Assembly (NCBI GenBank): GCA_040752415.1
Contig: JBFMGU010000060.1
Coordinates: 1 to 46,290 of the forward strand
Reading direction: 5' to 3'
Length of the DNA: 46,290 nucleotides
Origin: Myxococcota bacterium
Lineage (GTDB): Bacteria; Myxococcota; JACRCW01
The position numbers and the translations under genes are program-made. Numbering within the stretch: the first letter of the stretch is position 1; every line of letters starts with the position of its first letter. This document shows, in pieces, positions 44,847 through 46,290 of this stretch. The notes below the pieces were generated by a model that saw nothing but the letters and a program-made list of their open reading frames with translations, had not been told where the DNA came from and ran no database searches.

Positions 44847-45803
44847 TCAGCTCCACATCTGCTGACGCAGGCTCGTCACCAACCAGCTTGCATGGGCGGG
44901 GGAGGGCAGCCCTGCCTCACGGGCCACGCCGTGCTCCACGGGTTGCGCCGCCGCGTCGAGCACCTCCGCCACCGCGGCCTCCCGCGCCGCCCGCACCCGT
45001 CGACGAGCCCGCGCATCCAGGCGGCCTTCCGCCCAGTGCGCCACGTCCCATGCCAGCTGCGCGTGTCGCGCTTCATCCAGCGCAATGATCTCCATGGCGG
45101 CGCGGAATGCATGGTCCTGCGCGTGGAACGCCTGCCACCCCGCCAGCAGCGCGCCGTAGGTCTCCCGCACGCATCCCTCGGCGGCGTTCTCCCCGGCCAC
45201 CTCGTCGAGCGCGCGGATGTGCGTGGGGCCGTGATGGGGCGTGGGCGGGTGCGCGCCGTGCTGCTTGGCCAGCGCGCCGATCATCCGCGCGTGACGCGTC
45301 TCCTCCCGCACCGCTCGACGTGCGCTCCGCACCAACCGCTCCGGCGCGCCGTGCACCGTGAGCTCGGCGGCCAGGCGCTGGAACGCGGGGACGGACGCGG
45401 CTTCCAGGTACGCCATGCCCGCCAGCGCGCGACCGAAAGCGTCTCCGTCGGTGCCCACCAACGAGGCCAGCCCCTCCGGTCGACGTCCACACGCGAAGTT
45501 GTCGCTGACCACGTAGGTGCACCGGAGCAGGGGGCCCGCGTCGCTGGGGACCTCTGCGCAGTTCGTCACCTCCGCCGCGGCGCTGGCGCAGAGCGACGTG
45601 CACGCCACGCTGCCTCCGTCGCGGGGGAGCGCGCCGGCGTCGACGGACGAGAACACCGGACCCGCGTCACGGGCCTCTGGCATGGGGCTGGTCACGGTGT
45701 ACGTGCCGCTGGAGGGGGCGGGGCAGCAGCCTCCCAGCATCACCGGTGTGGTCAGCAGGATGCGTCGGAACACCTTGCGGACAACCACGCGAGGAGCACT
45801 CAT
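44847..45803 (-). CDS. Ferritin-like (di-iron four-helix) domain lipoprotein, myxobacterial type
   Basis: Signal ...RRILLTTPVMLGG-C, Cys-rich linker ending CGRRPEG, LEAASVPAF..LAAEL, EETRHA, ENAAEGCVRETYGA, DEARHAQLAW (two ExxH motifs). Confidence 0.85.
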   Translation of the reverse strand: MSAPRVVVRKVFRRILLTTPVMLGGCCPAPSSGTYTVTSPMPEARDAGPVFSSVDAGALPRDGGSVACTSLCASAAAEVTNCAEVPSDAGPLLRCTYVVSDNFACGRRPEGLASLVGTDGDAFGRALAGMAYLEAASVPAFQRLAAELTVHGAPERLVRSARRAVREETRHARMIGALAKQHGAHPPTPHHGPTHIRALDEVAGENAAEGCVRETYGALLAGWQAFHAQDHAFRAAMEIIALDEARHAQLAWDVAHWAEGRLDARARRRVRAAREAAVAEVLDAAAQPVEHGVAREAGLPSPAHASWLVTSLRQQMWS

Positions 45804-45829
45804 GGCCCCTCACGGTAGCAGCCGCGGCG

Positions 45830-46117
45830 TCACTGGGGGAACGGTCCGCTCCCGGGCGGCACGGGGTTCTCCAGGGCTTCCACCGCCGCGCCAAATGCCT
45901 CGTCCTCGTCGGAGCAGCGCCCGTCCATGCTGCTCCCGTCCATGAAGCTCACGTGCCAGTACACGCCCCCCACCTCCGCGCGACCCACCTCCACCGCCAC
46001 GCAGTGCTCCGGGCAGTCCTGCAGCCACCAGCAGTCGCATTCCTCGTCCCATTCCCAGACGGAGCCGGTGGCCGCGTGGCGTCGTTGGGGCCTGCGGTTC
46101 TCGTCGTCGTACTCCAT
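45830..46117 (-). CDS. Small acidic hypothetical protein
   Basis: GGAGG SD before ATG 46117. 95 aa, MEYDDENRR...WEWDEECDCWWL...; co-oriented with the ferritin-like gene. Confidence 0.55.
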   Translation of the reverse strand: MEYDDENRRPQRRHAATGSVWEWDEECDCWWLQDCPEHCVAVEVGRAEVGGVYWHVSFMDGSSMDGRCSDEDEAFGAAVEALENPVPPGSGPFPQ

Positions 46118-46290
46118 GCATCCACCTCCGGCGTGAGCCGCGCTCCCGGTGTTACAGCGGTTCCCGGTCAGGTTGACCGGTACCAAAGGCGGTGTTCCCC
46201 CTCCCTCTCCCCATCCCCATCCCCCTCCCGGGAAGTCAGTGGCACCGGGTCGACGGGTGCCCCCCGGTTTTCCAACGAGAAAATCGACAA

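Overview
High-GC bacterial window, most likely from a Myxococcota-like organism, judging by the Myxococcus cysteine-rich repeats, myxobacterial-type ferritin-like lipoprotein, short Hsp70 paralogue and orphan kinases. The left part holds a secreted lysophospholipase, a LysM/lysozyme-like protein, a CheW-like gene, comF, a zinc-ribbon protein, rph-rdgB-YkgJ-tRNA-Pro(TGG), a CcbP-like gene, a small basic protein, tmcA, a cold-shock protein and a DEAD-box helicase. The centre (11899-38058) is one giant gene split by two small frameshifts (~26257 and ~37924) that reconstructs to ~8,720 aa. Its order is: probable lipoprotein signal, 27 tandem ~41-aa six-Cys/Asp-rich repeats, TSP type-3 repeats (one split by a ~200-aa lectin-like insert), ~98 Myxococcus Cys-rich repeats spacing 33 highly diversified Cys-clasped beta-rich modules, and a terminal FGE-sulfatase (C-type-lectin-fold) domain. 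The right part holds tRNA-Arg(TCT), an Hsp70-like protein, two convergent PAS histidine kinases and a minus-strand operon (small protein, ferritin-like lipoprotein, lipoprotein). A 34-aa membrane peptide gene too short for the ORF track lies divergent from the giant gene. No CRISPR array, integrase, transposase or reverse transcriptase is visible. All calls are from motif reading by eye and all counts are manual.
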